From NCBI GenBank assembly GCA_030390025.1, contig CM059432.1, positions 42,162,001 to 42,226,000 of the forward strand: a stretch of DNA of 64,000 nt, written 5' to 3'. A program made the translations under genes and the position numbers. The notes beneath the pieces were generated by a model. The model did not search any database, was not told the origin of the DNA, and saw only the letters and a list, made by a program, of their open reading frames with translations. The stretch is from Squalus acanthias (Eukaryota). Shown here in pieces: positions 1 to 12,110 of the stretch (positions are counted from its first letter, which is position 1; every line of letters starts with the position of its first letter).

Positions 1-149
1 AAACTCCTGAAAGCAAAATCTCTGCACAAAATGGTGTCAGCAAGAGCCTTTCCCTTAGGCAAGGAAGCAGGTGTGAGGTGTGAGTATTTATGTGATTTCT
101 TTCAACTGTCAATGTTCAACTCACACTATGGCCACTCAGCTCTTGCCTT

Positions 150-411
150 GCTTTCACAGGCGAGGTTCAGGAAACCCGTGAATCCCGTGCACAGCCAGTA
201 AAAGCTGCAACATTAGGTTGAAAAGCCTGTTAATAATCTGTTAATGAGCTCTTAAATACTTTAAGTAGGTCGCCTGCCTCTCCCGAGCAGGTCTCTGACG
301 CGCGGAAGTCAATGGGGTGAAGTCGGCTTCCCGCTTCGCTGTCATTTTCAGCGCTTTTAACTGCCCACCCACTCGCAAACCTGCACTCATTTCAAAGGAA
401 AAATTCTGGCC
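150..411. mobile_element. Right end of a Harbinger-type element/MITE (left part unresolved)
   Basis: Ends GGAAAAATTCTGGCC|TAA, like the other Harbinger termini in the window; GC-rich subterminal region. Confidence 0.45.
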
Positions 412-456
412 TAAATTTCATCCTGAGAAAGTGCCTGGGGAAGGGAGAGACACCAT

Positions 457-1208
457 GGCCTAAAAATTCAGTTGCTTTGCGCAAAGCAACTAGCAACTAG
501 TGCCTGGGCGCGGCACCACCAATGCCTCCCACAAAATTCAGCAGGAGATTAGTGGCGGCGGTAACCATTAGCACCCCGCAGCGCTGCACCGCCGGCGATG
601 ACATCATCGCCGTGCGCAGCGCCCCGCTCGCGCAACGGCCACGATCTTCGGTAGCGCCCCCTGACTTACCGCCGGATGCTATGTCCAACAGGGTCAGGGG
701 GGCTTACCTGCGGCCGGGGCGGCGCAAATTAAACGTGAAGTTGCCTGGTGGCCATTTTTGTTGCTGGCCACCTGCCAGCACCTGCCCCCATTGTCGTCCC
801 CGGCCTCCTGAGCAGCCCCCCTCCCCCCACCCCGCGGAGTGCCGGCTGCGCTCGGTGAGCCTGGCACTTCTCTTGAGCGCCGGGCTCTTTTGCCGGCACT
901 CTGATCCCTGGTGGCCCAGCTGGGCCCCGGGTCGCGCTGCGCAAGGCCCCTCCCCTTTAAGAAGGGGAGGAAGGCTTGCAGTAGTGTGGCGTGATTTGCC
1001 GCAGCGCATGGTGCTGCGGCACGTAGCGCCACGATATTCACTCGCAGTGCCCCAAGAGGGCGGTGGGGCGCTTCCAGTAGCTCCCCGCCTCCCTCTTGTG
1101 GCGCTACCGATGAATTTCGGCCGCGGGGGCGCTAATTTTTTCAGGGCGCTAAAAGTAGCAGCCCAGTGAAGTTAGCGCCCTAAAGGGGGCATGACCCAAT
1201 TTTCCCCC
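457..1208. mobile_element. Harbinger-type MITE (GC-rich)
   Basis: CAT|GGCCTAAAAATT ... AATTTTCCCCC|CAT; internal similarity to 36004-36762 (shared CCCCTTTAAG-AAGGG and TTAGCGCC motifs). Confidence 0.7.
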
Positions 1209-1362
1209 CATTACTTGAATTATTTCTAACTTTTTCTGATTAATTAAATCTCAAATTTAAATATAACATCATGTTACAGTCTCACCTTGTGGCTGGGATG
1301 TAAATATTAGGTGACACTGTAAGAGGTAATAGTTTTTGAATATTGGAACTTAGAATGTCATA

Positions 1363-1465
1363 GGGGTCGATTTTAATTGTTCCTACTGGGCAGGAAATGG
1401 GCAGGAGCGGGTCGGTTGCCTTTTTTACACCCCGATTAATTTTCCTTTCAATTAAAATCGACTCC
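1363..1465. mobile_element. 103-bp mini-MITE, Harbinger type
   Basis: 17-bp TIR GGGGTCGATTTTAATTG / CAATTAAAATCGACTCC (1 mismatch), ATA on both flanks. Confidence 0.8.
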
Positions 1466-1945
1466 ATAGAATATTACAGCACAGAAACAGGCTATTTGGT
1501 CCATCAAGCTTGTGCTTGTATTTTACTCCACATAAACCACCTAGTCTAATCCCACTCTCCTCTCCATACCCTTTAATAATCCTCTTTTCAAGCAACTATC
1601 TAATTATCTTTTAAAAGAATTTATGGACTTTGCTTCAACAACATTTTATGGCAGAGAATTATTTCAAATTCTAATTTACCCCTACCATTTGATTCCTGCT
1701 CTCTAACCATCTCTCTATCCATGTGGCTACATTCGTTTTAATTCTTTGTACTATAAGTCTTTTATATAGTACCGTATCAAATGCTTTTTGAAAATTCATC
1801 TCCTTTATCTATCCTCTCTGCTATTTCTTCAAGGAATTGTATAGGGTTGTTAAGCATGACATGCATTTTAGAATTTTGTTCTGACTGCCATGATTAACTC
1901 ATGTCTCTCCAAGTTCCTAGTAATTCCATTCTGTATTATAGACTA
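1466..1945 (-). mobile_element. Old CR1 LINE fragments (3' tail plus RT remnant)
   Basis: ATAGAATATTACAGCACAGAAACAGGC resembles the reverse complement of the CR1 3' UTRs elsewhere in the window; minus-strand remnant of the DFQKAFD motif near 1770-1795. Confidence 0.55.
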
Positions 1946-1949
1946 TATT

Positions 1950-3128
1950 GTCTCTGGATTTTCCTGGTAAAATTTGCTTGCTTTTGAGGAGGTCTGGTGA
2001 GGAAAAGGGGCAGAGGCCTTCCACCAAACCCCTACCCCAAAAATGGCCGCTTCAAATTCCATCTGCTGACCCTGCTATTACTCGGATATACCTGCCCCGA
2101 ACCCGTACCAGCACATGTAGATGAAGGCTGCGGTGCATGGTTTAGTACTCCGCACTATTTTTCTGTCTTTGCACTGATTTCCCATTCTCAGAAAACAAAA
2201 CCTGTGTAAAAGGGGTGGTGTTGGGACCAGTACAGTGTCACAGAGGTGTGAAAAGATGGTGAAGGCCAGAGGTCATTGCAAACAGAGTTCTTGCAGAAGT
2301 TTGAAAGAAAATATTTGCATTTATAAATCATCTTTCATGACCTCAGAATGCTCCAAAGCACTTCACAGCCAATGAAATACATTTAAAGTGTAGTCACTGC
2401 TGTAATGTAGGGAAATGCAGCAGCCAATTTGCACACAAGATCCCACAAACAGCAGTGATACAAATGACTAGATAATTTGTTTTCTTAGTGATGTTGGTTG
2501 AGGGATAAATGATAATAGATCTCCCGTGACATCGGTCATGACAAATCACAGGATATTCTGTTTTATAATGATAGCCTCATTCTGCTTTCTTCCATCCTCT
2601 CCTCTATATCCTCACCCTCCTCATAACACAGGAAGAAGGGTATTCCGACTGGGAAATCCATTACTTTTCCCAAAATGTTTTAATTTTATTTTAGTGTTCA
2701 CTCCTAAGTTCTGTATTGTTAATTACCCAAGATGTAAGATGGCTCCAAAAATCACAGCCCCTCTCAGTCTGTAAATAGTCCTGAAGGTTTAAAGCATTGC
2801 CTGAAGCTATGGCCTACATTCTGCTCTCCTGGACACCATACTGGCCTCATGCTGCCACCTTTGTAGTGTCTGTTTTCTGGGGATGGTATGGGGCAGAAAC
2901 CAAGAAAATAGTGCGGTCAAGTAAACCACGCCCACCAGTCTCTATCTACATGTGGTAGAGTGGGTTCAGGGTGGGTGACCTCATTGACTGGCAGGTTCAC
3001 TGGAAGAAAGTTTTTACTGGCTCTTTTTGGTGCATGGTTTCAGCAGGATACCTCCTCACCTCATTTTCCTTAGTTTACCACCACAATGTCGCTGGAAAAT
3101 GGGTGATTTTACTGTAGAAAATCCAGGC
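1950..3128. mobile_element. Two inverted copies (or long arms) of a Harbinger-type MITE, about 1950-2215 and 2812-3128
   Basis: 2090-2162 (CCCGAACCC..CACATGTAGATG..GGTTTA..CCGCACTATTTT) is a degenerate reverse complement of 2906-2980; terminus AAAATCCAGGCC at 3128. Confidence 0.55.
2303..2510 (-). mobile_element. SacSINE1/DeuSINE 3' fragment
   Basis: Aligns by eye to 27307-27505 (CAAAGCACTTCACAGCCAATGAA, GCAGCCAATTTGCACAC, GAGGGATAAAT). Confidence 0.8.
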
Positions 3129-3539
3129 CGTTGGGTTTGGATCAATATCCCCTGCATGTAAGCTACTTTTAGCTTCATCCCTCTACAAATTTTCCAGCTA
3201 TCATGATGGTGAAGAGTAAGCAGTTTATTATATATGGATATTGATAAAGTATAATGATAAAAGTATTTAATTTCGTTTTAAGTTTTTTAAAAACTTCTTA
3301 TGCACCGATTACTAGTTGAGTGACATTCTCAGATTTCAGGCAGCTTAGTGGAGTGGGACAGTGTACAGCCTCATACAGGAAGTGTATGATGAATCCGTTT
3401 GATCCCTAGTGATACAGATTTGGGTCTACGGCAGATACCTTCTTGGATTCAGTGGCATTAGTCGCTCCCTTCAGTGGTCCGAGCATCTTACTTTTATGAG
3501 CGTTGACTCACACTCATATATCTGCTCAAGTGGAGAATG

Positions 3540-3610
3540 AACACCAACACGCACTGGTTGGGCGGAATGGCCTGTTTCCATGTAGTAATTTCTATGTAAT
3601 TCAATGTATT
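3540..3610 (+). mobile_element. CR1-type 3' tail fragment
   Basis: TTGGGCGGAATGGCCTGTTTCCATG followed by TTCTATGTAATTCAATGT tail. Confidence 0.6.
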
Positions 3611-4929
3611 CAGTATTGTCCCAGTCAAACTGGAACATGTCACCATCATAACATAAGAAGAAAATTTAGATAACTTTATCTCACCCATTCAGGTTAGTAT
3701 TCATCCTTAGTTCACTCTTCCTTTAGCAGAAATCATTCTCACCTAGATGATGTGATTCTCACATGATGTTATTGAAGAATCCATGCAAAATAATTAAAAA
3801 TCAACACCCTGCTAATGGATCATGCTTTTGCAAGCATTTGAAAAGTAATTTAATTAGTGGATTGTTGAATTATTTTTTCTAATAATTTATGTGCAGGTGT
3901 AAATATCTATTAAGAGGTAGAAATATGACAGACATATTTTTCCCCTTGGCATGAACACAATTTGATACATTTAGTTGAGAGTACATATGTATAACCCTGA
4001 GTTCCGAACTAACACGGTGAGCGTTAAAAATGAACTGTACCATTAATTTGTAAAGTACGTGATGCCTTCCACTTCATGCAATTAAAATAATCCCTTTTAT
4101 GTTTCTGTGACCTTTGCTACTTGAGTGTGCTGATATCATAGAGTTGTCTTCATATAATGCTTTTTTGCACACATGTGCACTGGCATCAGCATTATTGGCA
4201 TCTGATTGTTATCAATGTGTCCCTTGGCTTGTTTAAAATACCATTGTTACATTGTCTACTTAACAAGGAAGCAGAATATCATCTTTGTGCCATGATGGGA
4301 ACCCCTTAACAATACTGCTGAGTTTACTTTAAAATTAGCATCTTTTCCTGTATTCAGTTTTAATTCTTGTCATAATGAAAATTGAAAGGTCGAAGCACCT
4401 ATACAGTCCCTACCCATATTTGGATGTGGGTTAGCCAAGCAATGACATGCAATTGTCAGAGAAATGTGAGGGAATAAACAATTACTTTGTTGCCTAACAA
4501 ATTGAAGGAGTCGGTTAAAGTATAGGAATTATTTATTATCCAAGGCACTCTTGACGAAAACAAAGCAATTGTGATTATAATACATTATAAGAACTAATGG
4601 AATTAAATTGCACTATGCAATATTTGCACAAAAAATTCACCTTATAATGGATTCACTTTATAGTGTTTGAAAAACTGAGGGCTTAAAATAAGATTTGTTT
4701 GTGCTATAAGTGGACTAAATAAATAGGCTAGCATCTCTAGTAAAATAGCTAATGTCTCTACTAAAATAGCAGACAGAAATGTCCTCTGAATGTATTAAAG
4801 GGATGATTCCGTGAGCCCAGCAAAAATTGAGTCAGAGTTGCTGAGCTACCATGATTCATCATACAATTAGAGAGAGAAGCTGGTCTTACCAAATTCAGTG
4901 AGGTCAGCTCATTAGAATAATTAGAATGG

Positions 4930-5190
4930 GCTCCCTGAACACTATCCGTGAACACAGGGAACATAATGAATGAAAGGAGTAGGGAATCATGAGAAGCAAC
5001 CCTTTCCACACACATAGCTGGTTGCTTTGGCTGCATTGAAGAGCAGCTATGGAAGGTCAACAATAGACAATCGGCAGAACTGTCCCCTTTGATGGTGTCT
5101 GTTTGGATGTTCTGCTGGAAGAGGTTCAGCAGAGGAAGGTAATTTGAGGATGAGGGTAATCCTCCTCCTCTGCCACAATGTGCAGCAAAC
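4930..5190 (-). pseudogene. Highly decayed Harbinger transposase remnant (tentative)
   Basis: Minus-strand MCVERVASHDSLLL resembles [17 protein letters not shown] at 49513, and DYPHPQI resembles RYPQHRV at 48990. Confidence 0.3.
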
Positions 5191-7231
5191 ATGGCACGAG
5201 GTAGTTGATAGAGTGATCACTCTTCATGTTTGTGGATCATGGTAGCAGATGATTAAGGTGCTAATATAAAGCTTCCCACAGTTTGACACCTCAAATTAAG
5301 TTTATATCTGTAGTATGTGTGCCACAAGCATTCTGCGCCAAACATGGTGCAGCATCAGTGAAGGAAAATGGGAAACGCTGGCACAACTTTACAACTTTCA
5401 CTCATGCAATTCCATGTCCATACTCAGGACAACAACCCCATGCCATCAAAAAGTAGGTGTGCCCTGAACCTTCTCAGGTTGTTGCTTCATTTCATATGAA
5501 AAGTAATGAAAATGTTTCCCCCAGCAATGAAGGCGTCTGTCACTTGTTTTATACCATGTAGAGAGGAGACTGATTGATGTCACCAGTGATATAAAAAATT
5601 AAAGCTATGGTAGCCTTCACAGCCACAGGCAGGACCATCCCTGTGAAAGATCTTGGTGGTGGGGGTAGTGGCTGGGCTCAAGGAGGCGTAACTCCACGGC
5701 ATCCTCCCTTGTAAAAGCATATCTGGTGAAGGCAGGTCCCGTCAGATACTCCCAGAAAGCTATAGCTAGCTCTGAAGACCTGACTCCTATGAAAAAGCCC
5801 AAGTGGACATCCACTTCCCTGAGAGCCACCTGCCTTTCTTCTTTCTGCTTTCTGCATGAACTCCACTTCCTGTTAGAAATCCAGCATTGCCAATGGAATG
5901 CACAAGAGCATTCCCATGTTGAACACTGATTGCTGCTAATGAAGCAGCTGCTGCCAGCAACAGTACTGTCGAGAAAGGTATCTGAAAATGAGACCTTTAA
6001 TGCAAAAATGCAAAAACAAAACCAGCAGCTCAAAAGATAAAGAAAAGTGCAATAACTTTAAATGGAATATTAAACTGTCAATCACACCTTTAAGAATAAA
6101 ACTACTACTGGTCAGAGCATAAAGTCCAAATAGCTCCTGTTTTATATGAGCAAACAGGTGCTATTGGGATATTGGCATGGGACCAAGTTACACATAGGAT
6201 TGCCTAAAATTAAGAGGGCTATCGAGGCTCTCACATGCTCTGTGCGAGGCCGCCGAAAATTTGAAGCCGGCTGAATTTGATGCTCCATGAATTAGGCATT
6301 TGGGTCGACTTGCCCAATTCAGTGAGGCACATTCCTCTTATCGTGCACCATTGCTGAATTGGCCCTCCCTACTCGTCAGCTTGTAGGCCCGGAATTTTTG
6401 ATTGTAATGACGGCAAAACTATCAGCGTTCACCGTCATTACTCTGTGAAACTGACAGCAACTTCTGGTGTCCCGCACATGCGCAGTTAAACGCGAAAATC
6501 CAGAGGTTGCTGTCAGTAATTTCCTGCTGCTCTACAGGGTATGCTATTGAAGTCCTCGCAGATGGAAATCTTAGAAATCACTTGAATTGACGTGAACTTC
6601 CACTTTTTACACTCTAATCTCGCTGTAAAAACCCCCAAAAAGTTAAACCTTGTTGAATGAGGTGTAACTGGGTTTTTAACAGTGTACTAAGCTTAATTAC
6701 AGCTGAACAATCTCTATTGCCCTGAAAAACTAATTTTATATTTGTGGAATATCAAACTTCTCCATTATGATAAAAATTCCATACATTTTTTAAAGATTAA
6801 AAATTATTTTTTCCAAGTTTGTTTATGATATTTCAGCTTGTATCTTAATCCCATGTGTATGCCCCAATCTTTATTTCGCTCCCTGTAAAATTATTAGAAA
6901 GTGAAGGATAACCAGTGCTTTTTACTTCCTGGTTTGTTGTCTGGGAGAATTCTTCAATATGATTGGCTGCTTAGCCTGCTTGCTGACATCACTGTTGTTG
7001 GACACCGGAGATCTCCTATCTTTTTTTTAATTTGTTCCTGGGATATGGGCGTCACTGGCAAGGCCAGCATTTATTGCCCATCCCTAATTGCCCTTGAGAA
7101 GGTGGTGGTCTTGAACCGCAGCAGTCCCTGTGGTGAAGGTACTCCCACAGTGCTGTTAGGGAAGGAGTTCAAGGATTTTGACCCAGCGATGATGAAGGAA
7201 AGGCGATATATTTCCAAGTCAGGATGGTATG

Positions 7232-8919
7232 TGTAAGGGTTTTGCCTTGTGTGGCTCTGTGCTCAGCCTGGGTGCTAGTGCGAGGTTAGGCCTTGTTGCC
7301 TGTTCTGGTCTCCAGCCAGTCTGGGAGCACTAGACACCTATGAGTGGTTCGACCCACTCGCCCTTACGGTTCTGACACTGGACTTAGATGCGAGAGCAAT
7401 AATGGAGAGAAAACTCAGGTAGACCTGGTTGAATGGTACGAAATGGAAAATCTTTATTGCATATTATTCAAGATTACGAAATACATGTCATAAGCACAGA
7501 TTAATGACAGTACAATCTTACACGCAGCTATGTAACTAATTTTAGGGAAACGAGGAACGAACGACACATCGTAAATGGGGGCACACATTACAGTTATCCT
7601 TAAAACTTAAACCCTCCCCTATCAATACCTGCTCTAAACTAGATTTGTAGGATCGAGACTCATGCTCACCACTCGTGATAACTCGGAGAATTCCGAAAAC
7701 TCTGCTCGGATGTTTTTACCGCAGCACCTGATCACCCACGTGTTGATCAGGGGTCTCTGTACCCCACTTGTTTACTCGTTTCTGCTCCGGCTAGCAGGCT
7801 GGATCGTCTGCTGTCATGAAGATCTGTGTTGTCCTCGGAGTTCCGACACGACTCGAAAAATAGTCTTCCTGTGCCCTCGCCCTGATGCGATAAAACTCGA
7901 AGAATAGTCTTCCGATGCCAGTTCTGTAGAACTCAAAAGATAGTCTTCCTGGGCAAGGAAAGTGTCTATTCGACCTACAGGCGCGGTCGGGGCTTACTGA
8001 CCGTGGCGATACGTATGGTCGTCTTCTTCTCTTCTCATCTCATCTCATCTCATCTCATCTCATCTCATCTCGTCTCGGGCCTTTGGTCCCAACACCGTTT
8101 ACCGACTTCTCGGGATGGTGTGCCCGTTTCAAGGCTTCACAGCCCAGTTCCACACAGATCTTCGCGGCAAGCCACGAGGCTGATCCTGGCGGATCAGAAA
8201 GTTCAACAGTCTTTCAGCAAGTCAAACAGCAAGAGCTGCAAGAGGCAGAGGCACGATGCAAGCGGCAAGAGGCAGGAGAATAAGAGAAAGATGGACGGTT
8301 GTAGCTTACAGTTATAGTGCGAAAACTCTTCTTTTCCCGCCCAACCTTAATGTCTTTTCTTTTGTTAGGGTTTTGGCGCTCAAATTTCTTGTATAGGGTG
8401 ATCTCCGTTTTAATGGGTTTCGGGGATACTCGTAACTGTCTGAGTACCTGTTAATACTTCTCCCATTGTGTAACCGGTCAGTATTCTCCCTGGAGGGGTT
8501 TTGGGGCTTCCAAATGTTTTCTGTAACTACCCGCAAACGGCTCTCTCATCGTAGAGTCGTGGGGATTTTGCATATTAATGTCTTTGGATGGGTTCTTGAT
8601 CGCTTGGTACAATAGCGCTTATTCGCACCTGGGAGACCGATTTCAGTATTTATGTGTATACTGCAAACCCATAATGTCTCGTGTATTATCTCAAATGTGC
8701 TGAGTCTTGATCGATCTCGCACAAATGTTTATTGGAACGCCATCTTGTCTGCTTATCGAAAAGTCTAGAATGTTCTGCCACGAGGCGTGGCGGCCATTTT
8801 ACAGGCTGCTTGTGTCCACTTTGAAAACCTGACAGCATTCTGCTGAAATAAAGCTGTTTGAACGAAACTATGTGTTTTCTCCTTATTTATAAAATCGCGA
8901 TTATATTGCGAATTCTACA
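7232..8919 (-). mobile_element. Solo LTR (1688 bp)
   Basis: TGTAAG...TTCTACA termini, 4-bp TSD TATG (7228-7231 / 8920-8923); removal restores the LINE sequence seen at 25921-25947. Strand inferred from a minus-strand AATAAA near 7455. Confidence 0.85.
8030..8072 (+). repeat. (TCTCA)n microsatellite inside LTR
   Basis: Direct pentamer repeats. Confidence 0.95.
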
Positions 8920-9892
8920 TATGTGACTTGGAGGGGAACTTGGAGGTGATGGTGTTCCCATGCGCCTGCTGCTCTTGTCCTTCTAGGTGGTAGAGGTCAT
9001 GGGTTTGGGAGGTGCTGTCGAAGAAGCCTTGGCGAGTTGCTGCAGAGTATCTTGTAGATGGTACACACTGCACCATGGTGCGCCAGTGGTGGAGGGAGTA
9101 AATGCTTAAGGTGGTGGATGGGGTGCCAATCAAGTGGGTTGCTTTGTCCTGGATGGTGTCAAGCTTTTTGAGTGTTGTTAGACCTGCACTCATCCAGGCA
9201 AGTGGAGAGTATTCCATCAAACTCCTGACTTGTGCCTTGTAGATGGGGAGTCAGGAGGTGAGACACTCGCTGCAGAATACCTAGCCTCTGACCTGTTCTT
9301 GTAGCCACAGAGGTGGCGCCAGAATGAAATTAGAGTTGGGAAAGGTGAAATCCACACCACAGAGATTGCTAGATCTTTGTGGGCGGCTTTCTTCGAGGTC
9401 AGCAGCGAGCGCCATCCTTTCGCCGTTGACCGCACAATCCAGGCCAATATCTATGATAGTTACTTCAAGCCTTATGTTACTTTTACAGTAAATGAAATAC
9501 TATTCAAAATGCTGCATACTTAAAAATGTAAAACTTTTCTAGTGACAATGCATATAAAACTAAATTCTATTCGAACACATTTAAATTTATAGAAATATTC
9601 AATACATTATTTAGACATTCAATAGGTAATTTTCTGACTTCAGGCATCCAACAGGGAGCCTCAACCGCTGCGAGCACATATCAGAAATTCAGGTGTGCAC
9701 CAGTAAACAACATTGAAAATGACCATTTCATGGTCTGCTGTTGATAGAACATGATCATGAAAATTTCTGTCTCATTTGTGGAAAATGCAAAGGTTTCCAT
9801 GCCAGCAATATTTCAATACTGAACGTGGATTTATTCTAAATCCTGAAATCCAGGGCAGAGCAACTACATAATTTTAAAATTTGTAGCAATCA

Positions 9893-10823
9893 TGCAGACT
9901 GACGATACCCATCTTCACCTCACCACCACCTCTTTCAACCCCTCCACTCTCTCTAAATTGTCAGACTGCTTGTTTGACATCCAGTACTGGATGAGCAGAC
10001 ATTTCCTCCAACTAAATATTGGGAAGACCGAAGTCATTGTCTTCAGTCCCCGCCACAAACTCTATTCCCTAGCCCCCAACTCCATCCCTCTCCCTGGCAA
10101 CTGTCTGTGGCTGAACCAGACTGTTCGCAACCTTGGTGTCGTATTTGACCCTGAGATGAGCTTCTGATCACATATCCATGCAATCACTAAGACTGCCTAT
10201 TTCTACCTCCGTAACATCATCCGACTCCACCCCTGTCTCAGCTCAGCTGCTGCTGGAACCCTCATCCATGCCTTTGTTACCTCTAGACTTGACTATTCCA
10301 CGCACACCTGGCCGGCCTCCCATCTTCCACCCTCCATAAACTTGAGCTCATCCAAAACTCTGCTGCCCGTAACTTGCACCAAGTCCCATTCACCCATTAG
10401 CCCTGTGCTCGCTGACCTATATTGGCTCCCGGTTAAGCAACGCCTCAATTTGTTTTCAAATCCCTCCATGATCTCGCCCTTCCGTATCTCTGTAACCTCC
10501 TCCAGCCCTACAACCCGCCGAGATATCTGCACACCAACAATTCTGGGCTCTTGCACATTCACGATTTTAATCGCTCCACCATTGGCGGCTGTGTCTTCAG
10601 CTCCTAAGCTCTGAAGTTCCCTCCCTAAACCTCTCCATCTCTCTACCTCTTTTTCCTCCTTTAAGACGCTCCTTAAAAACTACCTCTTTGACCAAGCTTT
10701 TGGTCATCTGCCCTAATATCTCTTTATATGGCTCAGTGTCAAATTTTATTTGATAATGCTTCTGTGAAGCACCTTGGGATGTTTTACTATGATAAAGGCA
10801 CTATATAAATGCAAGATGTTGTT
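9893..10823 (+). mobile_element. L2 LINE 3' portion
   Basis: DDTHL..DCLFDIQYWMSRHFLQLNIGKTE..VRNLGVVFD, LIHAFVTSRLDY, HISPVLADLYWLPV-like motifs; tail ATAAATGCAAGATGTTGTT. Confidence 0.9.
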
Positions 10824-11844
10824 CTGAAAAGAAAACAAAAAATAATTGGAATAACAACCAGGTTTTTGTGCCTATCATTAAGTCGTGTCGGTAAAGTTTT
10901 CAGAACAAAAAAAAAGAAAGGACACGTGGAGCTAATAGTGTGGCCCAGACGTTGCACCACTGGGCAGACGCTATATGCACCCGCGCATGAATGGGCTGAC
11001 CCTGTCACATAATGAGAGGTCAGACTATTTGCATAATTTAATGGCTCTGGGTGCGTCTCTCACGACATGCTGGAAATGCTAGGGCTGCACTATTGGGTGC
11101 CAGTAGCCAGTGGAAAGCTGCTAGCTGTCTGTTTTAGGCCAGGCAGTTTCTTGGTGTGGGGGAGGGGGCATCAGGGAGAGGATGGGAAGGGTGGTGGAAT
11201 ACTGAACATTGGGAAAACCAGTGCCAGGACACTGAGGAAAAGGGAAATAGGACACCACACCAAACATTTAAAAAAAATGCAGGTTAAGCTTGTGGTGTAC
11301 AAAACTGTGTCCAAATAGTTTTCCTTCAATGGTTCAGAGTTTCTATGCATGCAATGCAAGGGCTCTCTTTGGCCTACGTATGAGATACTGAACCAAGCTG
11401 TGAGGTGAATTTGTGTTAAAAAAAAGTGGAAGGCAGAGAGAGGACACCAACCTATTCCAATCTCTTACTCAGCACGCTGGAGGCCATTGGTCTCATTATA
11501 GGTGCATCATCTGGGTTAATCAGTTGGTGATGAGTAAGCTTTAACACGGCATTAGACTTGGAGCTCTAGAGCACCAAGATGTATGGTACATCACAAACTG
11601 TCTTACAATAGGTCTTTCTACCATGCTGATAACAAATATCTGTAAAATGACTTATGAGGAAATTCTGAGGCTTAGAATGACAGCTATTGAAAAGTGTTGC
11701 CAGAAGGCCAGCTACATTCTTTGCTCATCCACCCTGAAGAGTTTGCTCATCCACAGGCAGCAAGAACCTCATACCTGTTGGATAAGGGCCGAGGCTTCTC
11801 CAGCACTGCACCTGGGGTCCTCTTACCTGCCTGAGTCACAGTCA

Positions 11845-12110
11845 CACCCTCCTGTCCCTGACCACTTACCAGATCTGTACCACTGCCTTACCTAAGGGGT
11901 GACTGCCTCCTGGATCAATGTGTCCAGGTAATTCTCCCCCTCTCTGATGCCCCGCAATATCTGCACCTCGGACTCCAGCTCAACAACTCTGAGCTGAAGT
12001 TCCTCGATGCAGACACTTACTGCAGACGTGGTTGTCTGGGATCGCGATGCTCTCCACAAACTCTCACATGCTGTAGTTACAGCACACCACCTGCACTGCC
12101 ATCCCTACAT
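11845..12110 (-). mobile_element. CR1 ORF1 N-terminal (zinc finger/leucine zipper) fragment
   Basis: Minus strand reads AVQVVCCNYSM..PDNHVCSKCL..VVELESEVQILRGIREGENYLD, typical of CR1 ORF1. Confidence 0.7.

Larger units (their letters stand above)
7021..9309 (-). mobile_element. 5'-truncated CR1-group LINE (family B), 3' end, interrupted by LTR
   Basis: MMEYSPLAWMSAGLTTLKKLDTIQDKATHLIG peptide; 3' UTR GGGATGGGCAATAAATGCTGGCC plus A tail; same family as 24066-26143. Confidence 0.9.
6386..9445. mobile_element. Harbinger-type MITE split by a LINE (which is itself split by a solo LTR)
   Basis: Termini GGCCCGGAATTT / ACAATCCAGGCC; homologous to 34383-35100 (reverse complement). Joining 7019 to 9310 restores AGATCTCCTAT..AGGTGGCGCC, matching that copy. 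No TSD seen. Confidence 0.65.

Noticed and set aside
522..1169. 215-aa ORF and overlapping ORFs
   Set aside because: Lie inside a GC-rich MITE; Pro/Arg-rich with no domain; open in several frames because of GC content.
7851..7950. CRISPR-like spaced direct repeats
   Set aside because: Only three degenerate units with uneven spacing inside a eukaryotic LTR; no cas genes.
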